Of a DNA stretch of 64,000 bases, positions 53,166 through 64,000 are shown in pieces. Numbering within the stretch: position 1 is the stretch's first letter; each line of letters begins with the position of its first letter. This DNA is from Balanoglossus misakiensis. Lineage: Eukaryota > Animalia > Hemichordata. The notes beneath the pieces are model-generated. The model was given only the letters and a program-made list of their open reading frames with translations, made no database searches and was not told where the DNA came from. The DNA lies in contig CM082593.2 of NCBI GenBank assembly GCA_040954595.2, positions 7,352,043 to 7,416,042 of the forward strand, given 5' to 3'. A program made the translations under genes and the position numbers.

Positions 53166-56100
53166 GTAATGAAGAAACCAACGGATTTCGTTTTCTTTCG
53201 CTTTGCTTTCTCGTTTTCGCCATGTGCCAGTTCCGCTATGCCTGCGTAGATCGTCACACGACTATTTTACATATGAATTATTATAGAGTTTATGCGAATT
53301 TTATTTTCCTGGAAACATTATCTTTTAATTTATTTATTTATTTGTCATTTTCATTTGTCCCCTGTGGACTCACTACAGAGATTGGATTATACATGTACAA
53401 TGTACATGTCAGTATTTATGCCTGGAATGTACAACATTTAAACTGTAATAACCCCGCAAGTGATGCGTTTAACTTACATGTATATGACCCAATGGTATGA
53501 AGCCACGGCTTTGGTAATCACTTCTTTGAAAAAAGGGAGTATACGATAATGTTTTGAAATCATCAGTGAAACTACAAAACGATTGCTACTATCGTGCTCT
53601 GAGAAACAGAAATCGCTGAATACTTTGGGTCGTATGTGTGGATTTGTTAGTTACGTTATAGTGACAACTGTGTAAGTTTTGAAAACTTTATTATTTCTCA
53701 TATACGGTTGAAATTCCGTAATCTGTTTACTTTCTTTCTTTTAAACTTTTGCGATGTTGTCTAGCATGTCATCAATCAAACTTTTAATAGGAAACTTTAA
53801 TAAAATGCAAAGATGCTTCTATAAATAGTTTGTGATGTGTTTTATGAGAAACGGAGATGCTCGCCAGTATGTGTATGAATGATAGAGATAGAGCGACAGA
53901 GAGAGAGAATGCGACAGAGAGAGACAGACAAACAGACAGACAGACTTTTGTTGTCGGTCGTTTACATTGCGGACTTCATCGGCACAAGCTGAGGAAGTCC
54001 TTCATGCTTGCAATAATAATTTCCATTTTATTACGAACATGACACATACACATATATTGGAAAATCCTAAGATATATTGCCAGTTTGTGAATTAACCCCA
54101 TCCCGTCACGCCCTATACGTATACCATACGTGGCATACGACCTAGAGCTAAAGGGGGGGATGTGTTGAGAAATTGCAGTCAACGGTGCTGGCTGAGTTAT
54201 GCTTAGTTTTCAATAAATAGTACGCCCCCTCTCACGTCGACTCCTTTCCGGTTATCCCAGAATGCATAGCGTCTTACGTCATGGAGTTCCGGTTATCAAA
54301 ATGGCAGACGACATGTAAGTTCGTAGTCCAGTAGACACTGAGTGACGGTACAGGCATTTGAAATGTTTGAATTTCGCCAATCTACGGAGTTTTGTGCTAT
54401 TGAAAAGAGGTAGCGTTAACGTTTTTCATTTATGCGATGATTTCAGGAGATCTACGCGTGTTTGAACAACATTTTCGGATATAATGTAGGCCTACAAGCT
54501 AGCCTTTCTCGCCAGTGGTGAAGACTGCAGAATGTGAGTTATTCGCTCAAGGAAGAGTATCAAATGCTCCCAGAGATTTGACAAACTGACAAGGGTTAAC
54601 GTTGGACGACGGACCTCCGCCACAACCCACCCCTTCCCATCAAACAGGTAATCAATTGATGTACTGTGCAGACATGGGACAAAGACTCTTTACTTGCTAA
54701 CATGTCTCTCGAGGTCGACGAACTTTATGATGCGGAGCATTTCGCAGTCCTGGGCTTCAGTTTAATTGCTATGAGGAATATGTGCATGTAATATTTCGCA
54801 AGATCGTACAGAATCACACAGGCTCTACACAAATGGACAGCCATATGGATGTTGACATCTTTCAGGGTAAGTCGCATCTTTTTCTAGATGGTCAACATAA
54901 ATCGATCGGCCTACACTGGCATACGATCAGTACGCGCATGGGCTAGTGACATTTTGCGCGGGCGATTGCTGGGTAGTCTTGTAAGACCTGTTTTTTTTGG
55001 TCGGCCTGGCTAAACCTGTTCTGACACTGTGAAGCTTGAAGCGGCATCCGCGCCTATTACGCCAAGCCTGGGTTCATCCCCAGATTGAATGTGCGCCCTC
55101 AACATTTCGCTGGGCCGGTGATTGCTTGGTAAAACCGAGAGAATTATTTTCCCTTCCGCCGGACGACAACTGACTGTCGTTGAAACGATTTGTCGGCATT
55201 TTGGACCGCTGTGTTACTTAAATGTGGTGCCTTTTGTCTACTAACTTGCGACGATCATCATATTAGTGCAAATTATAACATATTTGTAGCCCCTTGTAGG
55301 GACCGTGTTAATAATTTTGTCGACCTTGGCGGCGAGATGTTCGTCAAGACGTTTAAGTTTACGACGGATACGTGCTTTTCCCCCTCAAAGAATCGTGCCT
55401 ATCACCACTGTCAAACTAATGTCCAGTGATATAACCATTGGGTTATTTACCGTACGTGCGCATCTTTCCAGGAATATATCTTTTTGTCACCTCAAATGTT
55501 GTGACGCGTCTGTGTACACAATTCCCTTGGATATGCAAAGGGAAGTGAATTCACCGAAACGTTTAAAGGTCATACTGCAAGTTGTTTGCTGTAGATTTCA
55601 ATTTTGAAAAGAGGTTACCTGTGTCTTGAAAACAGTCCGAAAAAAAGCTATAGCGAAGGGGATGTTTTTCATAGCCACTAACTTAAACACACAGAACTGT
55701 GTAATTATCTTCCACACTCACAGAAAAGATTAAAAACACGTGTAAAGTTGGCGGTAAATATTCATATCTTCCATAGTTCGATCGCCGGTATTCACTGATC
55801 TTGTTTCTGGAAATGGCAACTGCCATTGTCGGCAAAAACATGACCGCTGGCAAAACAATTCTTGAAGGTCTACTTCCGCTAATACACATGTTTGACTTGT
55901 ACTCAAATTGTTATTTACGTCAAATTAGTTTATCCGTTGCTCGGCCACTTTCTTGGAATTCTCTCTAAGCCATTCCAGATTCTGTCACGCCAAGAATTGA
56001 GGTACTTCTCCGCATTCTACACATGCGTCGTCTTGTTGAGTGCGTTTTTATTGAAATCGATCTACAACCCTTCAGTTTACATTCTGCCAAGTGTAGTGGT

Positions 56101-57720
56101 ATTCGAAAGAAAACAAACACACACGGAAACAAACAATTTGCCGTTTTAAGAATTCCTGTCCACAGCCCAAACACCACCTGCTTAACTTTCTGCCGTCCGC
56201 GCATTATTTTCTCATACATTTATTTGTTGTAAATTTGATAACAGTTAAATGACAAGATATGCAGTAATGGAGGCTTATAACTTGTGCTTTTCAGGCTTGT
56301 TTGTAAACCTGGACTAGGTTCTAGGCCACCTCTCCCATAGGAATCGATTCGTCCAATATTTACTTACTATGTACACTGTCGCCTATAGAATGCCATGGGG
56401 AAGACTCTCATATAGGTTACACAAAGTTCATCGCTGGGGCACATTGTATTTGCTGAATATTCTTTTCACTAAAAACCTGTCACTAATCCGTTTACAGAAC
56501 TAGGATGCGCATGGGGCAAATTTATTTTTTAGTCTCGTTCAACTCTCCTTGACCCTATGTTTGGTCAAACTGGGGCGACTGCGTGCACTTTCTACCCCAT
56601 TCGTTCAACTTCACATCAACTTCACATCCGTACCATTGTTCCACCGATGTCAAAGATTTCATGCGGTCTGAAATTTAAGTTGGGAAATGCTTTCAGGTTC
56701 CAAGGAGCGAGAAATGTCGAGTACCAAACAGGCGTATCACTATTATACGCACCCCATCACTGACAATCTGAAATTGTGCCATACACGCGCTTCAAGCGTA
56801 ACACAGTAGCAGAGCAATAAGACAATTAAGTTGTAATGCGTTCCAAATACACCTGATAATTCCAATATACACACACCGGAAGCCCGAGTACAGGCGGGGG
56901 CCGTCGCGCCTGAAAGAGAAGGGTCAGCTCGCAGGATTTTCGGTTGGGGGAAGTGTCCAGTATACACACCCGCGGCACAATGCAACGATTGTCGGACACT
57001 TTCTGGTCTGTTGGCCACAAGGATATTTTTGGCGTCTGGGCGCGCGCGGGTGCTTTCCCCCGACCAATGACGACAATGATGGGCGGCAAAAGAGAGGGAG
57101 TGCTGACAAGCGTTTATCTTCCAAAGCGGTCAATAGAACTAAAACCGCCCTTTTGATCAGTCAGCAGTGAACAGTGAAATGTAAAAAAAGAGGCAAATAA
57201 AAAAACGTATAGAATAGTTGTTCACTTCACTGTCTCCTGAATAACAGGTGTTTTGCAAGCAAACACCAATCCACAAGAAAGTTAAATATTCCATTATCGA
57301 TGCATAATACACGAGGAAGTTACCTCCCATCTCACGAAGTGGACAGTGTCGTCACCCAGTGCAAGTTTTCCAAGCCTGGGGATAGGTAACATATGCAAAT
57401 CAAGAAATGTAGCGTGGCGGCTATTCAAATTACAGTTTTTAGAGCCTCTTGTGACCCGCGATGAGCGAATGCGCTAAATTTAAGCTTGTTGGGGTCTATA
57501 AAAAAGGCCACCGTCCCTGTCTGAGCATAGTGAACTTGAAGTGCAGATTAGACAACCGATAAAGATCTCCTGCAAATCTCAAGCCTTTCGCCGACCGTCG
57601 ACATCATCAGCGCATTCTCGCCGTCGCCACACGATCGATTGTACCGAAGATATACCGACGCCACATCATATTCGCCTTAGAGGAATTCGCTGCAGCAGGA
57701 CCAGTTCACATCATCCCATC

Positions 57721-59224
57721 ATGTATTCTGATCTGAGGCCGAGGAGAGCGTCTAACACCACAGCTTTCGGTGTTCTCACAAGAGTAATCGCGGTAAGCCA
57801 CTCACTAGTACATGTCTGGATTCACTCGTCCCAAATTCAGTCTTTCCCATACTGTGCCTCAACATTTCAAATTGTCAAAACTTGCCTGTAAAATCAAGAT
57901 TTGTCAATCATCACTCAAAGCACGGTCACTGCTCAAAGCTGTAACCTTCAGAGTAAGATAACTATTATAACTGGCCGATTTTCGTAAAGCCAAATGAAAA
58001 ACAGCAAAGAGAACGGAATTCTTTGATCATAACTTTTAACTTAATTCCTCACAATTCCCTGTGGTACAGAAAAATGGCCTCTGATGTTGATCACATAAAC
58101 GTCTCGCAGTTCTTCATACATCATATAAAAATGTATTTATTCTAACCAGAGCCAATTCTGACCAAATGACTCATCCTCACATACGGGTACTTGGCGATCC
58201 TCAAGTTATCAGAGAAAGTCCATGTACAAGCATGTTACATGAATTCTAACTGTAGCAGTGCAGAAGTTCCACTGTGTGATTTTCAAGCTATCACGTCGAT
58301 GTAAATTTAAGCTGATTAGCCTCGCGTTAGAAGTAGTAGATAATGTGATGAATATTCCAAGAGATTACCGCTTACGCATGAACGATGTCAAACAAAAAGT
58401 CTGAGTTGGCGTTCACTATTTATTTCCTCATGCTTCCTATCCATAGGTATTTTTATTTTAAAATATTCAAAATAGTCGCTATCGGGCATGGAAAAACTTC
58501 CCCACGCCCCTTTATTTCCAAAACACACTTTCCAGAGAAATAATATGATATTGAATTAACGCTGACCGTATATAGAAACTCAAAAACTCTATCTTCATAA
58601 AGTTTTGGCTGTTTCCAGTTAGAGAAAGGTCCTTCTTAGAAAGATTACTTAACGAGTTTTGATTGGGGTAGGGGCATCTTCTATATTTTCATAGAAATTA
58701 GCTGTTTGATGGTCTCATTTTTATAGATCGTTTTCATGTTGGTCTTGCTTGTCGACGTTACCAATGGCAACTCAATGAAGAGAGGTCCCTGCCGCGAGCC
58801 GAGCCGCTCAGACCTGCTGGCCAAGCTGAGGCAGTACAACGGAAACGCTCTGTCGTTCGCCGCGTCCGAGTCGTCGGTCGGCGAGTACCAGAAGCCCGCG
58901 TCGACGGCGTGCCCGCTCTCGTACGACGAGGGCGCCCCGTTGGAGCACCGCTCCACGTGCCCGTACTACTACGTGGAGAACACGGACGAGGACCGCTTCC
59001 CCGCCACCCTCATCGAGGCCCGCTGCTACCGCTGCCACACCTGCATCTCGGACCTGCGCTACCGACGCAACCACCATCCCAGCTGGCGCTGCGAGGAGGT
59101 CATGACCCCTGCCCTCTGGGTGCTCAGAAACAGCCACGAGTGCAATGTCGACGGAGAATACATCTATGTGGCTGACAAAGTTCACATCCAAACAGCATGC
59201 ACGTGTGGTAGAAGTAGATTTTAG
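57721..59224 (+). CDS. IL17: Interleukin-17 family cytokine, copy 6
   Basis: TATAAAA at 57497. Probable exon 1 57721-57792 (MYSDLRPRR..TRVIA|gtaagc), exon 2 58727-59224. RSTCPY, DEDRFPATLIEARC, CTC. AATAAA at 59485. Confidence 0.88.
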
Positions 59225-60020
59225 ATTTATGTCGTCATCAACTTCTGCCAACGCCACTTGCCGGCCAGAGCTTTATATGGCCCTCTGAATCCCGACTGAG
59301 TTATCATTACAAATAGCATTTGTGCTTATTTTAAAGAATAATTATTCGTGCATTTGAATTTCCCCTAAAAGATTATATTTTTTCGAAAGAAAGTAAAATA
59401 TATTCTATTTATATATTTATATTTGCTGTATGCAGTTAAATGTGTCGAATTTATTTGTTGGTGTGCACCAACTTCAATTTCTGAAATAAATCCTATTTGA
59501 AAATGAAAAAACACACACATCCGTCATTTTGCTGTGCTCATCTGTCTGCCTATATAGATTAGCATACAGTAGTTCAGTTCGGTGCACTTTGCTCTTCAAA
59601 CTACATGTATACTTTCAACAATAGATCACACTGCTCTTCTGTATTGTAGAGTGATTAGTTGATATTTATTAAATAGTAAAGAAACTGAAAACAATGGATA
59701 AAAGAAATTCAATCGTTCATATTGGACAAACAAGTGAAACGAATTTCATTTCTAACGAGAGTCACTCTGCCAAATCTAGATAGAGACCATTTCCGGATAT
59801 CCCGGGATGCCTAGCTTTTTACGTCAGTTCCGGTAGTCAAAATGGTTGACATGTAAATTTCGTCATCGAGTTGTTCTCGAGTTTCGTACATGTTGTGGAA
59901 ACGTTTTTATGTTTACCAAACTGTGGAGTTTTAATATGTGAAGTTGAACGTATGTGTGTGGTTGGAAAAAGGTAGAGTAATTTTTTTCGTTACATATTCT
60001 AAAAGTCTGCAAACCCGTCT

Positions 60021-63000
60021 TCATCGGGGACCACAGTCTGCACAATCGGAGCCAAGATCACAAAGATTGAACTTTGACCCCGGGCCGCCATCATCACACA
60101 TTCCATCATTGGGATAGCGACAATAATTCATACACAACAATGATGCACCTGAAAGAAGAATGCCAAACAAGATTATTTTCAATATGAGAATGAGCCCTTG
60201 GTATTTCCAAGGGGGTGACTCGGTCTATAGCAAGAGCAAAGAAGGGCAATTTTAGACTGAGACTACAACAACCATGCCAGTCCGACGCGTCAGTCAATCG
60301 ATAAAACTTGTCAATTAAATGTCATCAAGAAGATGAATACATGTATTTTCGAAAAGGATGAACGGACCCTACGCCATATGTCAGTTGTGGGCTGCTTTAC
60401 TCACTGTACGATAAACACCTAGGGCGCTGGTAGCATGATATACAATTGTGTAGTATAAAGTTGAGTCAACTTCAATTCAGTTATGTGAATACTTGTAGTT
60501 TTTAGGCCACTAGAAAATAGTCACCATGAAAAAGCCTAGGGCTTACTACAGCTCGTTTTTCATTATCACTTTAACTCGTAGGGACCGCAAAGTTAATATT
60601 TGGGTGAATTTTTGTAGGGGTTCGACATCAAATGTGAAATGGTTTAATGCCACGAGGTGGGGCGGCGCCGGTGGGGGGGGGGGGTAATGACGACGTAGCC
60701 TACCAGTAGGTGTTGGTGCAACACTGAGTGACGGGATTGCCAGCAGTTTATTTGGAGTGGTGTCACGCTCAGTCCCCGCTGACAACACGGTCATGTCAAT
60801 CACGCCTTTCAGTGAAGACTCCAGCAGGATGTCTTTGATTTGAGCCTGGGTCCGCGACGGGTTTTCTTGGAGGAGCAGCGCCGCCACGCCTGAAAGTAAA
60901 AGCTTGGTGGTCAAATCTCCGCCATTCGCCCAAAGTCGTCGCCTCGTTTGGCTCAATTTGTTTGGTTACATACGGCATTCCTTGTCGACTGGGCAATTAG
61001 CTGTGTTCGGTGTACTGAACGGCACGGCACTCAGAACATATGAGAGCTTTGTAAGTCTCTCCGTTTCGACTATTGAATTCGTTACGACAAATGTAATCTC
61101 GTGTAAAACAAGCTTACGTACATCGACGATATCGAACGGTCGTACATAGACTAGTGTACTTGTACGCCTACTATTCAAAAGTCCACGGACGGTGGTTGTA
61201 GCTAGCATAATCGAGTGATAGAGTGAGTTTTAACTTTTACGACAAAATAAGACCGTAAAACTTTTCATCAGCCAACAGTTGTCTCGACCCACTTTCCAAT
61301 GTCAGCAGAATGTATTTAAGTAACCTACCCGCTACATGAGGGGCGGCCATAGATGTACCCGACTTAGAGCTATATGCAGCATCACCGCCCGTGACGTCAG
61401 CACTGTATACATTGCTTCCTGGCGCCAGAATGTCAACAGCGCCACCATAGTTGGAATAGCTTGCAAACTTGTCGGCAGCATCGGTTGCTCCTACAGTTAT
61501 CGCCTGTAAACGGAAAGCGTGATCAGATAATGAGTGACGTCATTGTAAAGGCCTAGGGCCCTAGTCGCACCTTGGTGATCGACTTGAACGTCGTCAGAGT
61601 CAAGATCTCGTGGTGGCCTCGTAGCCGAGGCAATGCATTTGGGTAGAATCTCTCACAGCCCACGGTTCGCTACAAGGCTCTTCACTGATGCGCCCTCAAC
61701 TGTTTAGCAAAGGAGAAGCCCATGCAATCAGTCCATAAACCTGCATGGACGACGAGAGAGGGGCCGTGAGAGAGTCTACGCATTTGGGGTGCAATTGACA
61801 TGCAAAATTGTAAACAATCGACGATAGTAGACTACGAGTCCAGACCTTGCGTATGAATCTATCTAAAACACACTTGGTTTGGATTCTAGACTAAAGCAGA
61901 GCATACCTCAGCAGACGACGCGGGAGAGAATAATGCGGCGTCCTTGCCGTCGTTCCCAGCCGCCACAACAACGATGTACCCCGCGGATGTTAGACGTTCT
62001 ACCGCCAAATTCATGACTTCTGATCGACCGCCACGCAGCGACATAGATACAACGCTCGGTTTTATGTCCGACGAAGCAACGGTGTCCATAGCTGAAAAAT
62101 TGCAGGATTGAAAGCATGGGTTTATTGATTTGAAGGGGTCGAGGGGGAGGGGGGGGGGGTAGAAAGTAAGATTTCAAATAAGAGTAGCTGAACTATTCTC
62201 GCGCCCTGTTTGAGAATCGTGTTCCGGATCGAAAACGGAGTATTTCAGAAACACTCTACCAGTCCCTTGGACGGTGCACACCGTACCTTTAAGAATACCG
62301 GCTAACGATGCACGTTTATTGCAATCAAATACGCGGCATGAGTACAGTTGAACACCGGGGGCCACGCCCACCGTCTCGCCGCCAATTGTACCGGCACAGT
62401 GGGTCCCGTGTCCGTCACAGTCATTGCCCTGACGTTAGAAATAATTATTCAAAATTAATATATATCTGTCTGTCTATCTCTCAGTCAGTCAGTCTGTCTA
62501 TCTCTCTCTTTATCCCTCTATCTCTGTTTGACCGTCCGTACCGTCCGTCCGTCTGTCTGTCTGTTTCTTTATGACAAGTTAGACTTTGTTTCGCTTTTCA
62601 TTCACACATTATAAGAAATATTACATGCAGTAAATTGAGCGTCATCGTTTGTGATTTACTTTAGTGGGCCGTGGGTGCATTAGTTTAATCGAGCACGTTA
62701 GAGCAATAGTGAGTCATTCATAGCTGTCAAATATTTGCACTGTCAACGCCCATCTTATCTGTTCAGCGAACGAACACGTTCTCAGAAACGACTGGCAACC
62801 GAACCCTTAGCTCACCTGTAGGCCGTCAGAAAAATCATCGTAGAAATATTTTGCCCTGCCTCCAAATTCAGTGTGGGCGTAGAGGATACCGGTGTCAATG
62901 ACAAACACGTTGACCCCACTTCCGTCACCTGAAAGAACATTCAATACAGTCACCAGGATTCTGAGTGTCAAATCACATTATAGTAATTGCATTCTGTGTA

Positions 63001-63715
63001 AAAGGTCGATAATTCACTGTAGTAAGAGTTTGAAGAAATTATATGTTAACTGTATTTCGTGACTTTCTTTGATCAAAAAGTTGTGTCTTTGTAAACGCCC
63101 CACCCTACGTCACCCCCTCTCCGATGTCTGTAAATTCTGCCCAGTTGCGATACCTAAAGTACCCGGCTTGTAAGAACCATCTAACGGGAGTCTGGCTTGG
63201 TCGAGTCTGTCTAAACCCCATGGCACCGAGTCAAGATGTACTGTTTCGTCTTCCTCGACGAATTCTACTTCATCCATCCAGCGCAGCTGTAATGACAACA
63301 GCGTATTAATCTGTATCCTCATTTGCATACAGATGGTGACATTTTGAATCAGTGTGTGAAGTGGTCACAAAATAGTACGGCACCACGGTTCTCATGGCGC
63401 GTGTTTTGAACGATTCCTTATTATATCCAACAACAATGCTGACAATGCATATGGACAGTAGTGTTGCACATTTTTTAGGGAGGGGTTTCAGCAAGAAATG
63501 TCACGTGCAAAAATCGAAATATGCAGACATGCGCACAGAAGCAGAGCACGACTCCGCCAGCTCACAATTTCGACCGCGTCACCGGGAACCTTCGCTGTGA
63601 AACCTTTCATCAGGGTCTTGATGTCGTTGTGAAAGTCGACATGGTGTCCCCTCTCTTCGCACAATTGTTGCAGTTTGTCCTCCACTGCCGCCAGTTCGTC
63701 ATCGGTCAGGTCATC
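60021..63715 (-). CDS. Subtilisin-like serine protease, family S8A (proteinase K / aqualysin / PCSK9-like), 5' end outside window
   Basis: Exons 63715-63566 (I9 propeptide), 63286-63154 (or -63163; VPWGLDRLDQ), 62928-62816 (VIDTG, catalytic Asp), 62428-62287 (HGTHCAG, His), 62091-61907 (AAGN oxyanion), 61503-61329 (GTSMAAPHVAG, Ser), 60889-60704 (TPNKLL), 60148-60021 (6-Cys tail, stop). Phases are consistent throughout. Confidence 0.9.
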
Positions 63716-64000
63716 CTGAATGCATGGGAAAGACAACGCGTTTCGTTAAAATTTTCAGAGAATTCCGGCCATTACTTGGAGGAAAGCTTCTGGTGTGAGA
63801 AGCTTGTGTTGAGTGACGGTGGTTAAACGTTTAAAGCCCTACAGCTGACAAATTTCACATACAATGTACTTTTTCCACAATAAAATACTTCAAATATATT
63901 CCCTATCCTCTAAAATCCTCACCATTAAGCCATATTACTTGCATTTGCATCAGTTTGTTATCTCTTGGCGACGTATACCACGGTAGCTGCGTACTGTTTG

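Noticed and set aside
60540-60703. Proline-rich read-through C-terminus of the subtilase ORF
   Set aside because: The donor G|gtaggc at 60704 and a phase-matched Cys-rich last exon fit better; the poly-Pro comes from a G run.
1-64000. CRISPR arrays, rRNA, operons or prokaryotic defence systems
   Set aside because: No regularly spaced repeats or rRNA-like sequence; the gene structure is spliceosomal throughout.

Overview
Eukaryotic, intron-rich animal DNA, not prokaryotic. Gene content and repeats suggest an invertebrate deuterostome, possibly a hemichordate (inference only). Most short ORFs in the track are spurious; real genes appear only after splicing. Reconstructed by hand, left to right: (1) first exon of an N-terminal PDZ-domain gene (-, continuing leftward); (2) a 9-exon TPR + right-handed beta-helix gene (+); (3) two head-to-head TMEM243-like paralogues; (4) a 2-exon nodal gene (-); (5) a cluster of six 2-exon interleukin-17 genes across about 27 kb; (6) the 3' seven exons of a proteinase K-like subtilase (-) ending in a small 6-Cys module. 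TTAA-flanked MITEs and microsatellites are scattered throughout. The best signal is non-coding. Five of the six IL-17 3' regions, otherwise unalignable by eye, share an ordered RNA cassette: a small GCAAGUNAUGC hairpin, a CCCA/UGGG stem, and a C-[GUUNUA]-G hexaloop hairpin matching the Roquin-bound alternative decay element (ADE). Three of the IL-17 promoters carry kappaB sites. Together this suggests an ancient NF-kB-on / Roquin-off cytokine circuit. All exon coordinates were read by eye and need RNA-seq confirmation.
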